In this document: in pieces, positions 27,547 to 39,317 of the stretch | Layout: each line of letters begins with the position of its first letter | How positions within the stretch are numbered: the stretch's first letter is position 1 | Assembly: GCA_965203965.1 (NCBI GenBank) | Contig: CBDBDR010000017.1 | Location: forward strand, 480,001 to 544,000 | Direction: 5' to 3' | Source of the DNA: Thermodesulfobacteriota bacterium | GTDB lineage: Bacteria > Desulfobacterota_D > UBA1144 > Nemesobacterales > JAJCZQ01 | Length of the DNA: 64,000 nucleotides | Notes under the pieces: generated by a model | Seen by the model: the letters and a program-made list of their open reading frames with translations, nothing else | Database searches by the model: none | What the model was told of the DNA's origin: nothing | Position numbers and translations under genes: made by a program

Positions 27547-28779
27547 ATGAATAGAAGGGTGGTTGTAACTGGTATTGGGCTTGTAACACCTCTTGGTATT
27601 GGCACCTTGGAAACGTGGGAAGCCGTGTGTAACGGCAAAAGTGGAATCACCAACATAGACAAGTTTGATACCTCGGATCATAAAACCCGGATCGCAGGAC
27701 AGGTCAGAAATTTTGATCCATTGAAATATGTAAATGCCAAAGAAGCAAAGAGAAATGACGACTTTATCAATTTTTCAATTGCAGCTACAAAAATGTCACT
27801 TGATGATGCAGAGCTTGAAATAAGCGATGAACTTGCACCAATGGCAGGCTGCGTGATTGCTTCTGGAATAGGTGGAATGGCAACCTACTGCGATACTCAT
27901 ACCACTCTATTAAATAAGGGGCCATCAAGACTGTCTCCTTTCTTTATTCCCAACATCGTTACTAATATGGCTTCCGGATACGTCTCAATACTTTTCAATG
28001 CAAAGGGACCTAACTGTTGCACAACAACCGCATGTGCAGCAAGCGGTCATGCGTTATCTTTGTCACAAATGCTTATTCAAAGAGGTGAAGCTGACGTGAT
28101 TATCTCGGGTGGGGCGGAAGCCCCCATTCTACCAATTACAGTTGGTGGCTTTAACGCAATGAGGGCTCTTTCCACAAGAAATGAAGACCCTTCAACGGCA
28201 TCTCGTCCTTTTGATAAAGACCGTGATGGTTTTGTTATGTCTGAAGGTGCCGGAATATTAATTCTTGAGGAACTTAAACATGCAAAGAAACGCGGGGCAA
28301 GAATTTATGCTGAGTTGATTGGATCCGGAATGAGTGGAGATGGAGGACATATAACAGCTCCAACTCTTGACGGTCCAGTAAGGTCAATGAAAAATTCACT
28401 ACGTGACGCCAAGATCAATTCTGATGAAGTTAATTACGTAAACGCTCACGGTACTTCTACACCGCTAAATGACGTTAATGAAACCAATGCGGTAAAAGAG
28501 GTGTTTGGTGAACATGCTTACAAAATTTCCGTCAGTTCAACCAAATCTATGACAGGGCACATGTTGGGAGCGGCTGGCGCCGTTGAAGCTTCACTATCAT
28601 GTTTGGCTATATATAACGGTGTAGTTCCACCAACAATAAATCTTTTAAATCCCGACCCAGAATGTGACCTTGATTACGTTCCGAATGAAGTTAGAGAGGA
28701 CAAAATTGAAACCGTTATGAGCAATACTTATGGATTTGGAGGCACTAACTCAAGTATTGTATTAAGAAAATTTATCTAA
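27547..28779 (+). CDS. fabF: 3-oxoacyl-ACP synthase II
   Basis: [37 protein letters not shown]. Confidence 0.96.
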   Translation: MNRRVVVTGIGLVTPLGIGTLETWEAVCNGKSGITNIDKFDTSDHKTRIAGQVRNFDPLKYVNAKEAKRNDDFINFSIAATKMSLDDAELEISDELAPMAGCVIASGIGGMATYCDTHTTLLNKGPSRLSPFFIPNIVTNMASGYVSILFNAKGPNCCTTTACAASGHALSLSQMLIQRGEADVIISGGAEAPILPITVGGFNAMRALSTRNEDPSTASRPFDKDRDGFVMSEGAGILILEELKHAKKRGARIYAELIGSGMSGDGGHITAPTLDGPVRSMKNSLRDAKINSDEVNYVNAHGTSTPLNDVNETNAVKEVFGEHAYKISVSSTKSMTGHMLGAAGAVEASLSCLAIYNGVVPPTINLLNPDPECDLDYVPNEVREDKIETVMSNTYGFGGTNSSIVLRKFI

Positions 28780-28876
28780 TCCGAAGCATTTTTGAATTAA
28801 TCAATAATTTAAATTGGCTACTATTGTAAAACTGAGTTTTATTCCATTAGCAATATAATTTTAGAGAGGGCAGTAT

Positions 28877-31561
28877 ATGTCAAAGATAATCAATAAAGTC
28901 AAAGCAAAAATTAGCGTCGGTGGAAAAGATTATGATATTTTTTCATTAAAGTTGCTTGAAAAAAACAGTGGTTGTAAGTTATCCAATTTACCTATATCAA
29001 TAAAAATTTTACTTGAGAACATTCTCAGAAATTACGATGGGAATATCATCAACGACAACCACATTGAATTGCTTTCAAAGTGGGACCCCAACAACAAAGA
29101 ACCAAAAGAAATCCCATACAAGCCCGCGAGAGTAATACTTCAGGATTTTACAGGTGTGCCTTGTGTTGTTGACCTTGCTTCAATGAGGGCAACCGTGAAT
29201 AAAATGAACGAAAACCCTAACAAGATTAATCCTATTATCCCAGTGGATCTGGTGATTGACCATTCAGTTCAGGTTGATCATTTTGCAAATGAAAATGCCT
29301 TTCAAAAAAACGTAGAACGTGAATATGAAAGAAATAGGGAAAGATACCAATTCTTGAGATGGGCACAGGAATCTTTTGATAATTTTAGGATAGTTCCACC
29401 CGGCACCGGTATTGTTCATCAGGTAAATCTCGAGCGATTGGCAAGCGTAGTAGCAACGGAAGAAATGAACGGAGATACAATTGCCTTTCCGGATACTCTG
29501 GTAGGAACAGACTCTCATACAACTATGATAAATGGTCTCAGTGTTTTGGGATGGGGAGTTGGCGGAATTGAAGCGGAAGCATGTATGCTCGGACAGCCTT
29601 TATACATGCTGGTACCCGATGTGGTTGGATTTAAACTTCATGGACGGTTAAAAGAAGGTGTAACGGCGACCGACTTGGTATTGAACGTAACCGAAATATT
29701 GAGAAAAAAAGGAGTTGTTGGAAAATTTGTAGAATTTTACGGTCCCGGGCTCAGTCAGCTTGCCCTTGCAGATAAAGCTACTATTGCCAATATGGCACCT
29801 GAGTATGGAGCCACCATGGGATTTTTCCCGGTTGACTCAGAAACGTTGAGATACCTACGCACCACCGGTAGAGATAAACATTTAATAGACTTGGTAGAGG
29901 CATATACGAAAGAGCAAGGTATATTCAGAACTGATGGTATGACAGACCCTTCATATACCGACATAGTAGAGCTCGACATATCAACAGTTGAGCCATCTCT
30001 GGCGGGACCAAGCCGCCCACAGGATAGAATAAACCTTAGTGATATGAAAAATGTTTATCAAAAAAGCCTCACGGATGATACATCAGGTTCTTATGAACAG
30101 AAAACAGTAGATATTCAAATGAACGGCAACAAAACTAAGATTGGAAATGGTTCAGTTGTAATAGCGGCAATAACCAGTTGCACAAATACTTCAAACCCTT
30201 CAGTTATGATCGCATCTGGGCTTGTAGCTAAAAAAGCCGTTGAGCTTGGTCTAACTGTTAGTCCATCGGTAAAAACCAGTTTAGCTCCTGGATCGAGAGT
30301 TGTAACTGATTATCTAGAGGCATCAGGACTATTGCCATATTTGAATCAATTAGGATTTAATCTTGTCGGCTATGGATGTACTACCTGCATTGGGAACAGC
30401 GGACCTCTTCCCATCGAGGTTGAATCCGCCATCAGAGGAAATAATCTAAAGTGTGCCTCAGTTATAAGTGGAAACAGAAACTTTGAAGGCAGAGTGCATC
30501 CATTTGTCAAGTTTTCCTATCTTGCTTCACCTCCACTTGTTGTCTCTTATGCACTTGCGGGAACAGTTGATAAAGACTTCACGAAAGAGCCATTAGGTAT
30601 TAACAAGGAAGGTGACGCCGTGTATTTAAGAGATATATGGCCGACTCAGGAAGAAATTGAGAAAATATTATCCAGTGTTATAACTCCTGATATGTTTAGA
30701 AGCCAATACAAAACGGTCTTTTCTGGTGATGAAACTTGGAAATCCCTGCCAACCCCTACTGGTAACTTATACAAGTGGGAATCAGACTCAACCTATATAC
30801 AGAACCCTCCTTTTTTCAGGGACTTTTCATTGAAAGCTAACACTCTATCTGATATAAAAGGTGCCCATGCAATTGCACTACTGGGGGATTCAATTACAAC
30901 CGACCATATTTCTCCCGCTGGATCTATACCGGAAGACGGTCCCGCCGGAAAATATCTAATATCAAAAGATGTTGAAAAATCAGATTTTAACAGTTTTGGT
31001 TCAAGAAGAGGCAACCATGAAGTAATGGTAAGAGGAACTTTTGCAAATATCAGGATTAGGAACAAGATGGTCGAAGGCACTGAAGGAGGTGTTACTTTAC
31101 ATGTTCCTTCCAGGGAAGCTATAAGCATTTATGAAGCATCTGAAAAGTATATCTCGGAAAACATTCCACTAGTAGTAATTGGAGGCAAAGAATATGGCAC
31201 GGGAAGTTCAAGAGACTGGGCGGCAAAAGGAACGGTGCTTCTTGGTATTAAATGCGTTATTGCGGAGAGTTTTGAAAGAATACACAGAAGCAATTTGGTG
31301 GGTATGGGTGTGCTGCCTCTTCAGTTCAAAGAGGGAGAAAGTGCTGATTATCACTCGCTGACTGGATTGGAAAGATATGATATATATGGACTTTCTGATG
31401 GTCTGAAACCAAGAAAGATGCTGAAAATCAGCGTAACAGATAACAATAATGGGAACAAGAAAGAATTTGAAGTAGTTTGCAGGATAGATAGCTCAGTTGA
31501 AGTTGATTACCTCAAAAATGGGGGAATATTGCAAACAGTTCTTAGGCAACTGGTTTCATAA
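28877..31561 (+). CDS. acnA: Aconitate hydratase A
   Basis: [52 protein letters not shown]. Confidence 0.97.
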   Translation: MSKIINKVKAKISVGGKDYDIFSLKLLEKNSGCKLSNLPISIKILLENILRNYDGNIINDNHIELLSKWDPNNKEPKEIPYKPARVILQDFTGVPCVVDLASMRATVNKMNENPNKINPIIPVDLVIDHSVQVDHFANENAFQKNVEREYERNRERYQFLRWAQESFDNFRIVPPGTGIVHQVNLERLASVVATEEMNGDTIAFPDTLVGTDSHTTMINGLSVLGWGVGGIEAEACMLGQPLYMLVPDVVGFKLHGRLKEGVTATDLVLNVTEILRKKGVVGKFVEFYGPGLSQLALADKATIANMAPEYGATMGFFPVDSETLRYLRTTGRDKHLIDLVEAYTKEQGIFRTDGMTDPSYTDIVELDISTVEPSLAGPSRPQDRINLSDMKNVYQKSLTDDTSGSYEQKTVDIQMNGNKTKIGNGSVVIAAITSCTNTSNPSVMIASGLVAKKAVELGLTVSPSVKTSLAPGSRVVTDYLEASGLLPYLNQLGFNLVGYGCTTCIGNSGPLPIEVESAIRGNNLKCASVISGNRNFEGRVHPFVKFSYLASPPLVVSYALAGTVDKDFTKEPLGINKEGDAVYLRDIWPTQEEIEKILSSVITPDMFRSQYKTVFSGDETWKSLPTPTGNLYKWESDSTYIQNPPFFRDFSLKANTLSDIKGAHAIALLGDSITTDHISPAGSIPEDGPAGKYLISKDVEKSDFNSFGSRRGNHEVMVRGTFANIRIRNKMVEGTEGGVTLHVPSREAISIYEASEKYISENIPLVVIGGKEYGTGSSRDWAAKGTVLLGIKCVIAESFERIHRSNLVGMGVLPLQFKEGESADYHSLTGLERYDIYGLSDGLKPRKMLKISVTDNNNGNKKEFEVVCRIDSSVEVDYLKNGGILQTVLRQLVS

Positions 31562-31574
31562 GTTGCAGTCAAGA

Positions 31575-31602
31575 TTGCAAAGCAACCTTTTTTGATTATA
31601 AT
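31575..31602 (+). promoter_or_regulatory. Putative sigma70 promoter for icd
   Basis: TTGCAA (31575-80), 16 nt spacer, TATAAT (31597-602). Confidence 0.5.
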
Positions 31603-31638
31603 TTCCCCTCTAAACTTTTATTTCATACAGGAGAGAAT

Positions 31639-32886
31639 ATGTCTAAATCAGAAGCGGAAAAAATAACAATTGACAAAAAAGCAAAAAAACTAATAGTTCC
31701 CGACAGACCAGTTATTCCATTCATTGAAGGAGATGGTATTGGACCCGATATATGGCACGCATCCCAGATAGTATTTGATGCCGCGGTGGAAAAAGCATAC
31801 AATGGCAAAAGGGAGATTATATGGCATGAGGTGCTTGCAGGGGAAAAGGCTTATGAACAAACAGGAGAGTGGCTTCCTGAAAAAACATTGGAGGATATAC
31901 GAAGCTATATTGTTGCCATTAAAGGACCACTGACGACACCTGTCAGTGGTGGAATAAGAAGTCTGAACGTTGCTTTGCGACAGCTTCTGGATTTGTATGC
32001 TTGTGTAAGGCCAGTCAGATGGATAAAAGGAACTCCTAACCCAGTAAAAAATCCTGGAAAATTGGATGTGGTTATATTCAGAGAAAATACCGAGGATGTG
32101 TATTCCGGGATTGAATGGGAGAGTGGCACAAAAGAAGCTGAAGACATAAGGAATTTTTTAGTAAACACCTATGGTGTAAGTATAAGAGAAAAATCAGGAA
32201 TAGGAATTAAACCAATAAGCCCCTACGGAACAAAAAGACTGGTTAAAAAAGCTATTGAATATGCAATAGACTACGGTAGAAAAAGCGTCACACTCGTTCA
32301 CAAAGGCAATATCATGAAGTTTACAGAAGGTGCTTTTAGAGAATGGGGGTATGAAATAGCTAAAGAGCAATTTGGCGATATTACTATTACCGAAGATGAA
32401 CTATGGGATGAATTTAATGGGAAAATGCCCAAAGACAAAATACTTATAAAAGACAGAATTGCCGATAATATGTTTCAGCAGGTATTAACAAGACCTAATG
32501 AATACGACATTGTTGCCATGCCCAACCTGAACGGTGATTACATGTCTGACGCCTGTGCTGCTCAGGTCGGAGGGTTAGGAGTTGCTCCTGGTGGAAATAT
32601 TGGTGATTACCTTGCAGTCTTTGAGGCAACTCATGGTACCGCACCAAAATACGCCGGTCAGGATAAGGTCAACCCAGGGTCAGTAATACTTTCAGGAGTG
32701 ATGATGTTTCAATACTTAGGGTGGAATGAAGCAGCCGACTTAACTGTCAATGCAATGGAACAAACAGTTCTCAATAAAACGGTAACTTATGACTTAGAAC
32801 GTCAAATGGAAGGGGCAAAATTGCTTAAGTGCTCTGAATACGCGGAAGCTATAGTTGAAAATATGGATAATATTCCGAGCAATTAA
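31639..32886 (+). CDS. icd: Isocitrate dehydrogenase (dimeric, E. coli-like)
   Basis: [41 protein letters not shown]. Confidence 0.97.
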   Translation: MSKSEAEKITIDKKAKKLIVPDRPVIPFIEGDGIGPDIWHASQIVFDAAVEKAYNGKREIIWHEVLAGEKAYEQTGEWLPEKTLEDIRSYIVAIKGPLTTPVSGGIRSLNVALRQLLDLYACVRPVRWIKGTPNPVKNPGKLDVVIFRENTEDVYSGIEWESGTKEAEDIRNFLVNTYGVSIREKSGIGIKPISPYGTKRLVKKAIEYAIDYGRKSVTLVHKGNIMKFTEGAFREWGYEIAKEQFGDITITEDELWDEFNGKMPKDKILIKDRIADNMFQQVLTRPNEYDIVAMPNLNGDYMSDACAAQVGGLGVAPGGNIGDYLAVFEATHGTAPKYAGQDKVNPGSVILSGVMMFQYLGWNEAADLTVNAMEQTVLNKTVTYDLERQMEGAKLLKCSEYAEAIVENMDNIPSN

Positions 32887-32938
32887 CCTTTTTTTTGTTT
32901 AGTCAAACAACAAAGAAGTTTATTCAGGAGATTAGCTA

Positions 32939-33889
32939 ATGAGTAGATATAAAATTTCAGTTATTGGGGCTGGGAATGTTGGTGCATCAGCCGCCTTTCA
33001 GGTCGCCAGCCGTGAACTAGCAGATGTTGTTTTAGTTGATATAGTGGAAGGTATGCCACAGGGAAAAGCACTTGATCTTCATCAGATGTGCCCAGTTCTC
33101 GGGTCGGACGTTGAATTTGTTGGGAGCAATGACTATGAAGCCACCGCTGATTCTGATGTAGTGATCATAACATCTGGTATTCCAAGAAAGCCGGGAATGA
33201 GCAGAGATGACCTGATTTCAACAAATACTAAAATTGTCAAGGAAGTTACTGAGAATGTTGCCAAAAAATCACCTGACTCCATTTTAATACTTGTTACAAA
33301 TCCTCTTGATGCAATGGTTTATGTTGCACACAAAACCAGTGGATTTCCAAAAAAAAGAGTGATGGGAATGGCAGGGGTACTGGACTCTGCAAGATTCAGG
33401 ACTTTTATAGCAATGGAATTGGGAGTATCTGTGGAAAATATACAGGCGTTTGTGTTAGGCGGACACGGAGACGACATGGTGCCACTTGCCAGATACACAA
33501 CAGTAGCGGGTATTCCTATTACCGAGTTAATGAATAAAGACACAATAGAATCAATAATTGATAGAACCAGAAAAGGCGGTGCAGAAATAGTTAGGCTTTT
33601 AAAAACTGGTAGCGCCTTCTACGCTCCCGGTATTTCAGCTGTCGAAATGGCAGAAGCTATACTGAAAGATAAAAAGAAAATTCTCCCGTGCTGCGTGCTT
33701 GCCAACGGTGAATACGGAATTGAAAATACGTTTGTTGGACTACCGGTCAAGCTCGGAAGAAGCGGCATTGAAGAGATAGTGCAAATAGACTTACAGAAAA
33801 AAGAAAACGAGGAATTACAAGTATCGGCAAGCCACGTCAGGGAGTTATGCAAATTGATTGATGATTCTGGATTGCTTTTTAATTACTAA
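32939..33889 (+). CDS. mdh: Malate dehydrogenase (LDH-like type)
   Basis: [33 protein letters not shown]. Confidence 0.96.
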   Translation: MSRYKISVIGAGNVGASAAFQVASRELADVVLVDIVEGMPQGKALDLHQMCPVLGSDVEFVGSNDYEATADSDVVIITSGIPRKPGMSRDDLISTNTKIVKEVTENVAKKSPDSILILVTNPLDAMVYVAHKTSGFPKKRVMGMAGVLDSARFRTFIAMELGVSVENIQAFVLGGHGDDMVPLARYTTVAGIPITELMNKDTIESIIDRTRKGGAEIVRLLKTGSAFYAPGISAVEMAEAILKDKKKILPCCVLANGEYGIENTFVGLPVKLGRSGIEEIVQIDLQKKENEELQVSASHVRELCKLIDDSGLLFNY

Positions 33890-33974
33890 TCAGAATTTAT
33901 TAATAAAATTTATTAAATTTGATCTGCAATAAATTGTTATCATTTAATTATTTATCACTGACGGAGGAAACAAA

Positions 33975-34724
33975 ATGTCTAGTGCTACAACTCAAGACAC
34001 TTTAACTCAAAGAAGGGACGCATGGTGGGTAGAACCTTTGATTACTGCAACTGTACTGGGGGCATTTGGTATTTACTCAACGTGGAGAGCCTTGTCAAAC
34101 GTTGATTTCCAAACAGATTTCGCTACGTTTGGAGTTCATTATCTTTCTCCTTTTTACTCTCCGCTAATTCTTGCGGACTGGTGGCCCTTTTCACCTGCAA
34201 TATTGATATTGTGGGCACCCTTAGGATTCAGAGCAACCTGTTATTATTATAGGAAAGCCTATTACCGCTCTTTTTTTCTTTCTCCACCTGCTTGTGCAGT
34301 CAATCCACTTAAAAGAGATAACAATTACAAGGGGGAATCTGCTTTTCCATACATTTTGCAGAATGCACACAGGTTCTTCTTCTATGCCGCAACAGTGATA
34401 CTGGTATTTTTGTGGTATGATGCATTTTTGGCTTTCAAATTCAAAGACGGTATAGGAATTGGGGTTGGAACAATTGTTTTAACAATTAATGCGGTTTTAC
34501 TGACTTTTTATTCCCTATCGTGCCATTCATTTAGACATCTTATTGGTGGCAATCTGGATGTATTTTCACGTTGTCCCACCAGGTTTAGGCTTTGGGGAGC
34601 AGCAAGTGTGCTAAACGAAAAACATATGTTATACGCCTGGGCCAGTCTGGTTTTTGTTGCCTTGGCCGACCTATATGTAATGTTAGTTGCTAAAGGAACA
34701 ATTACGGATGTGAGGTTTATATAA
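33975..34724 (+). CDS. Succinate dehydrogenase membrane subunit, actinobacterial Sdh1 (Rv0249c-like) type
   Basis: RRD.WW..P, YLSPFYSP, FRATCYYYRKAYYRSF, Y.GE..FP..LQN.HR, SCHS.RH..GG, H...AW.SL. Confidence 0.85.
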   Translation: MSSATTQDTLTQRRDAWWVEPLITATVLGAFGIYSTWRALSNVDFQTDFATFGVHYLSPFYSPLILADWWPFSPAILILWAPLGFRATCYYYRKAYYRSFFLSPPACAVNPLKRDNNYKGESAFPYILQNAHRFFFYAATVILVFLWYDAFLAFKFKDGIGIGVGTIVLTINAVLLTFYSLSCHSFRHLIGGNLDVFSRCPTRFRLWGAASVLNEKHMLYAWASLVFVALADLYVMLVAKGTITDVRFI

Positions 34725-34728
34725 TACA

Positions 34729-36450
34729 ATGGAAAATTTTGAAACACATACATATGACGTGCTGGTAATTGGTGCTGGGGGTGCAGGTTTGAGAGCAGCG
34801 ATTGAAGCGTCGGCAAAAGGTGCATCTACGGGACTTGTATGCAAGTCATTATTGGGAAAAGCTCACACAGTTATGGCCGAAGGGGGAGTGGCAGCGGCTC
34901 TTGCAAATGTTGATATAAAAGATGACTGGAAAACTCACTTTAAAGACACAATGATGGGCGGAAAAATGCTCAATAACTGGAAGATGCCGTATAACCATGC
35001 ACACGAATCACCTGAACGTATTTATGAACTTGAGCAATGGGGTGCGGTTTTTGACAGAACTCCTGAAGGCAAAATAATGCAGAGAATTTTTGGAGGGCAT
35101 ACGTGGAAAAGACTCGCACACGTCGGAGACAGAACGGGTCTGGAAATGATAAGAACTCTACAAGATAAGGGGATACATTCAGGTATTGATGTTTACATGG
35201 AATGCACAATTACAAATATTGTCATGGATGGCGACAAAATAGCAGGAGCTTTTGGGTACTGGAGAGAAAGTGGAAAATTTGTTTTATTCAAGGCAAAAGC
35301 GGTAGTTCTTGCAACAGGAGGTATAGGCAAAGCATACAAAGTCACTTCAAATTCATGGGAATACACAGGTGACGGACATGCAATGGCTTATGAAGTGGGG
35401 GCTGACTTGATTGATATGGAATTTATCCAGTTTCACCCAACGGGAATGGTTTGGCCACCAAGCGTACAAGGTGTTTTAGTAACTGAAGCAGTAAGAGGAG
35501 AGGGTGGTTTATTGACAAATAAAGACGGGGAGAGATTTATGAAAAAATATGACCCCGATAGAATGGAGCTTTCAACTCGTGATGTTGTAGCTAGATCTAT
35601 CTACACGGAAGTTCAAGAAGGAAGAGGATCTTCACACGGAGGAGCATTTTTAGACATATCTCACAAAGGGGCTGATTATGTAAAAAAGAAGTTGCCGAGC
35701 ATGTATCATCAATTTAGAGAATTTGCCGATATAGATATAACAAAGGAGCCAATGGAAGTTTTTCCAACCACGCATTACATTATGGGAGGGGTTAGAGTAA
35801 ATGGTGATACTTGTGAAAGCAAAGTTAGAGGTTTGTTTGCATCAGGGGAGGTAGCTGGGGGAATGCACGGTGCTAATAGACTCGGAGGCAATTCACTGTC
35901 CGACCTTCTTGTATTTGGTAAAAGATCGGGTGAAGCTGCGGCCAATTTTGCAAATAGCAACAAAACTTCAATCTCAATACCTAAAGATCATATTGAAAAA
36001 TATATTAATGAGCTTTTAGAGCCTTTCAGCAATTCCAAGGGTGAAAATCCTTATACCATACATCAGGAACTTCAGGAAATAATGGGAGAGCATATAGGAG
36101 TATTCAGAATCGAAGATAATATGAAAAAAGGTGTAGAAGAGATTGAAAAACTTAAAGACCGTATAAAAAACCTAAAAATAGAGGGCTCAAGAATGTATAA
36201 CCCCGGTTGGCATCTTTGTGGAGATCTGAAATCAATGTTAATTATCTCGGAAGCAATTGCAAGATCTGCACTTCAACGTCAGGAAAGCCGTGGTGCTCAC
36301 AGCAGAGTTGACTTTAAAAAATCCGACGATGAAAAATGGGGGAAAATTAACTCCAGCGTTGTTATGGATGGAGAAAACATGAGTGTAAAAACATCACCCA
36401 TACCCGATATGCCTAATGACCTAAAAAATCTGTTCAAGGAGGTTAGTTAA
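34729..36450 (+). CDS. sdhA: Succinate dehydrogenase/fumarate reductase flavoprotein
   Basis: GAGGAGLRAA, KAHTVMAEGG (FAD-His), QFHPTG, HY.MGG, HGANRLGGNSL, ESRGAH. Confidence 0.94.
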   Translation: MENFETHTYDVLVIGAGGAGLRAAIEASAKGASTGLVCKSLLGKAHTVMAEGGVAAALANVDIKDDWKTHFKDTMMGGKMLNNWKMPYNHAHESPERIYELEQWGAVFDRTPEGKIMQRIFGGHTWKRLAHVGDRTGLEMIRTLQDKGIHSGIDVYMECTITNIVMDGDKIAGAFGYWRESGKFVLFKAKAVVLATGGIGKAYKVTSNSWEYTGDGHAMAYEVGADLIDMEFIQFHPTGMVWPPSVQGVLVTEAVRGEGGLLTNKDGERFMKKYDPDRMELSTRDVVARSIYTEVQEGRGSSHGGAFLDISHKGADYVKKKLPSMYHQFREFADIDITKEPMEVFPTTHYIMGGVRVNGDTCESKVRGLFASGEVAGGMHGANRLGGNSLSDLLVFGKRSGEAAANFANSNKTSISIPKDHIEKYINELLEPFSNSKGENPYTIHQELQEIMGEHIGVFRIEDNMKKGVEEIEKLKDRIKNLKIEGSRMYNPGWHLCGDLKSMLIISEAIARSALQRQESRGAHSRVDFKKSDDEKWGKINSSVVMDGENMSVKTSPIPDMPNDLKNLFKEVS

Positions 36451-36451
36451 A

Positions 36452-37183
36452 ATGTCGGAAGCGGTATTCAGAGTATTCAGGGGAAATGCAGAAGGAGGAG
36501 AAGAAAAAGATTACAGTGTGCCTGTAGATGAAGGAATGGTAGTTTTAGATGCTCTTCATTATATTCAGGCAAATTATGATCCCGATCTTGCAGTCAGATG
36601 GAATTGCAAGGCTGCCAAATGTGGTTCATGCAGCACGGAAATAAACGGAAAACCAAAACTGGCATGCAAGGCAAGAATAGACCACCTACCGAAGAATAAA
36701 CCAATTACAGTATATCCGATAAGGACATTCCCTGTGATTAAAGATTTGGTGACCGATGTGTCCTGGAATTATGAAGTAAATAAAAAAATACCACCTTTTA
36801 CACCGGTTACCGATAAACCATTCAAAATGTATCAGGAAGATGTGAATAGAATTCAGGAATTCAGAAAATGTATTGAATGCTTCATGTGCCAGAACGTATG
36901 TCATATACTGAGGGATCATGGAAGAAAAGATGCCTTTTTCGGCCCGAGATCCATGATCAAAATAGCCGAGAGAGCTATGCACCCAATGGAAAAAATAGAC
37001 AGGACAGAATTTTTGAAAAACGAAGCAGGTGTGGGATTTTGCAATATAACAAAATGTTGCACAGAAGTATGTCCGGAGGAAATACATATAACTGATAACG
37101 GCATAATCCCTCTTAAAGAAAGAGTAGCAGATAAATATTTTGACCCGTTAAGTTGGATTATCAAAAAAATTAAAGGTGAATAG
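36452..37183 (+). CDS. sdhB: Succinate dehydrogenase iron-sulfur subunit
   Basis: CKAAKCGSC...C, CIECFMCQNVC, CNITKCCTEVCP. Confidence 0.94.
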   Translation: MSEAVFRVFRGNAEGGEEKDYSVPVDEGMVVLDALHYIQANYDPDLAVRWNCKAAKCGSCSTEINGKPKLACKARIDHLPKNKPITVYPIRTFPVIKDLVTDVSWNYEVNKKIPPFTPVTDKPFKMYQEDVNRIQEFRKCIECFMCQNVCHILRDHGRKDAFFGPRSMIKIAERAMHPMEKIDRTEFLKNEAGVGFCNITKCCTEVCPEEIHITDNGIIPLKERVADKYFDPLSWIIKKIKGE

Positions 37184-37216
37184 ATTACAGTTTTATAAGC
37201 TTGGAGGATAAGCAAT

Positions 37217-38380
37217 TTGAATATTCATGAATATCAGGCAAAAGAGTTGTTCCGCTCTTACAATATAAATGTGCCAGTTGGAAAGGTAGCATTCACAGCC
37301 GAAGAAGCAAAGCGGATTAGTGAGGATCTGAATACTGACAAATTAGTCATTAAAGCTCAGATACACTCAGGGGGAAGAGGAAAAGGTGGGGGTATAAGAG
37401 TTGCAAATTCACCCGAAGACACTGATAGAATAACCTCTGATATGCTTGGGATGAGACTTATAACTCACCAGACGAGTGCAGAGGGAAAACTTGTAAGTAA
37501 GGTATTAATTGAAGAAGCATCAGACATTGAAAAGGAGTTTTATCTGGGAATCGTGATTGACAGATCAAAAGAGCAAATAGTAATCATGGCAAGTCCCGAG
37601 GGTGGAACTGAGATTGAAGAGGTAGCACAAAAAACACCTGAAAAAATAATCAAGGTTTATACATATCCGTCAATTGGTATTCAGCCCTATCAATGCAGAA
37701 AAATTGCATATTTTTTGGGAATAGAAGGCAAAGTTGTCAATAAGATTGTTCCTCTTATTACAGGACTTTATAATCTGTTTATTGAAAAGGACTGTTCCCT
37801 GGCCGAGATCAACCCTCTTGTTTTAACAAATAATAAAGCATTGTTGGCTCTAGATGGAAAGCTAAACTTTGATGATAATGCAATATTTAGACATAAAGAT
37901 ATTGCAGATCTAAACGATACTTCCGAAGAAAATGAACTGGAATCTGAAGCAAAAGAGATGGGCATCAGTTTTGTAAAACTGGAAGGAAATATAGGGTGTC
38001 TTGTAAATGGGGCAGGACTTGCAATGGCAACAATGGACGTTATTAAACTGCACGGAGGCGAACCAGCTAATTTTCTGGACGTTGGCGGTGGTGCAAATAA
38101 AGAGCAAGTAACCAAGGCTTTTAAGATGATTTTAAGCGATAAGAACGTGAAGGCTATATTTGTAAACATATTCGGAGGCATTATGAAATGCGATACCATA
38201 GCAGAAGGCATAATATCAGCGGCTCATGAGGTGTCCATTAAAGTACCCCTTATTGTCAGGCTTGAGGGAACAAATGTTGATAAGGGAAAAGAATTGCTTT
38301 CAAACTCTGGATTAAATATAAAAACAGGGATCAATATGAAAGACGCCGCTCAAAAAGCAGTTCAAGCTGCAAACGTTTAA
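37217..38380 (+). CDS. sucC: Succinyl-CoA synthetase beta subunit
   Basis: [47 protein letters not shown] start after GGAGG. Confidence 0.96.
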   Translation: MNIHEYQAKELFRSYNINVPVGKVAFTAEEAKRISEDLNTDKLVIKAQIHSGGRGKGGGIRVANSPEDTDRITSDMLGMRLITHQTSAEGKLVSKVLIEEASDIEKEFYLGIVIDRSKEQIVIMASPEGGTEIEEVAQKTPEKIIKVYTYPSIGIQPYQCRKIAYFLGIEGKVVNKIVPLITGLYNLFIEKDCSLAEINPLVLTNNKALLALDGKLNFDDNAIFRHKDIADLNDTSEENELESEAKEMGISFVKLEGNIGCLVNGAGLAMATMDVIKLHGGEPANFLDVGGGANKEQVTKAFKMILSDKNVKAIFVNIFGGIMKCDTIAEGIISAAHEVSIKVPLIVRLEGTNVDKGKELLSNSGLNIKTGINMKDAAQKAVQAANV

Positions 38381-38399
38381 CTCTCCCTGTTTATCGCCC

Positions 38400-38428
38400 T
38401 TGACAATTTCACTCGTGATACTTATTTT
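38400..38428 (+). promoter_or_regulatory. Putative sigma70 promoter for the rpoH-dnaK cluster
   Basis: TTGACA (38400-05), 17 nt spacer, TATTTT (38423-28). Confidence 0.5.
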
Positions 38429-38452
38429 GTGAATCTGGAGGGTTGTATAAAT

Positions 38453-39298
38453 ATGAAGGCATTAGAATTAAATACACCTTATAAGACATTTTTGAAAGAA
38501 GTGGAAAGTTATCCACTTTTATCTAGAGAAGAAGAACACGAACTTGCAGTAAAATACTATGAGAAAAATGATCTAAATGCAGTTAACAGGCTTGTTTTAT
38601 CTAATTTGAGGTTTGTTATTAAAGTTGCTGGAGAATACAAGTCGTATGGGTTTCCGCTCATGGATCTAATACAGGAAGGAACCATAGGATTAATGTATGC
38701 GGTAAAAAAGTTCAATCCTTATAAAGGTTACAAGTTAATAAGTTACGCAGTTTGGTCTATAAGGGCGAGGATACATGATCATATTATGAAATCTTGGAGT
38801 GCAGTGAAGATAGGAACAACTCAGGCACAGAGAAAGTTGTTCCAGAAGATAAGTAACGCAAAAAGAAAATTAAAGATATATTCTGATACTTTGAGTGAGG
38901 GTGATACTTCAAAACTTGCAGGTCATTTTGGAGTGAAAGAAAAAGATGTTGTTGAAATGGAATTACGGTACAAGTCCAGGGATTTTTCACTCAATCAAAA
39001 CAGTGAAGAAGACAGTTCTAAGAACTATATTGAGATTCTTGAGGATGAAAATCCGAATCAAGAATTATTGGTTTCAGAGATTGAGTTTAGATCATTAGCA
39101 CAAGAGGGAATTGAAAGAGGCATGCAAAAGTTGAATGACAGGGAGAGAAAAATAATAAATGAAAGATTTCTTTCAGAAAACCCCAAGAAACTTCATATGC
39201 TCGGTAGCGAACTGGGTATATCTAGGGAAAGAGTAAGGCAAATTGAGGGGGTTGCTCTAAGAAAACTAAAAAGATCGATAAAGACGATAGCCAATTAG
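38453..39298 (+). CDS. rpoH: Sigma-32 family RNA polymerase sigma factor
   Basis: LV.SNLRFV, DLIQEG.IGLM.AV.KF.P, RpoH-box-like [27 protein letters not shown] at 38453 after GGAGGG. Confidence 0.88.
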   Translation: MKALELNTPYKTFLKEVESYPLLSREEEHELAVKYYEKNDLNAVNRLVLSNLRFVIKVAGEYKSYGFPLMDLIQEGTIGLMYAVKKFNPYKGYKLISYAVWSIRARIHDHIMKSWSAVKIGTTQAQRKLFQKISNAKRKLKIYSDTLSEGDTSKLAGHFGVKEKDVVEMELRYKSRDFSLNQNSEEDSSKNYIEILEDENPNQELLVSEIEFRSLAQEGIERGMQKLNDRERKIINERFLSENPKKLHMLGSELGISRERVRQIEGVALRKLKRSIKTIAN

Positions 39299-39317
39299 GC
39301 TTTCAGGAGGTTTATTA

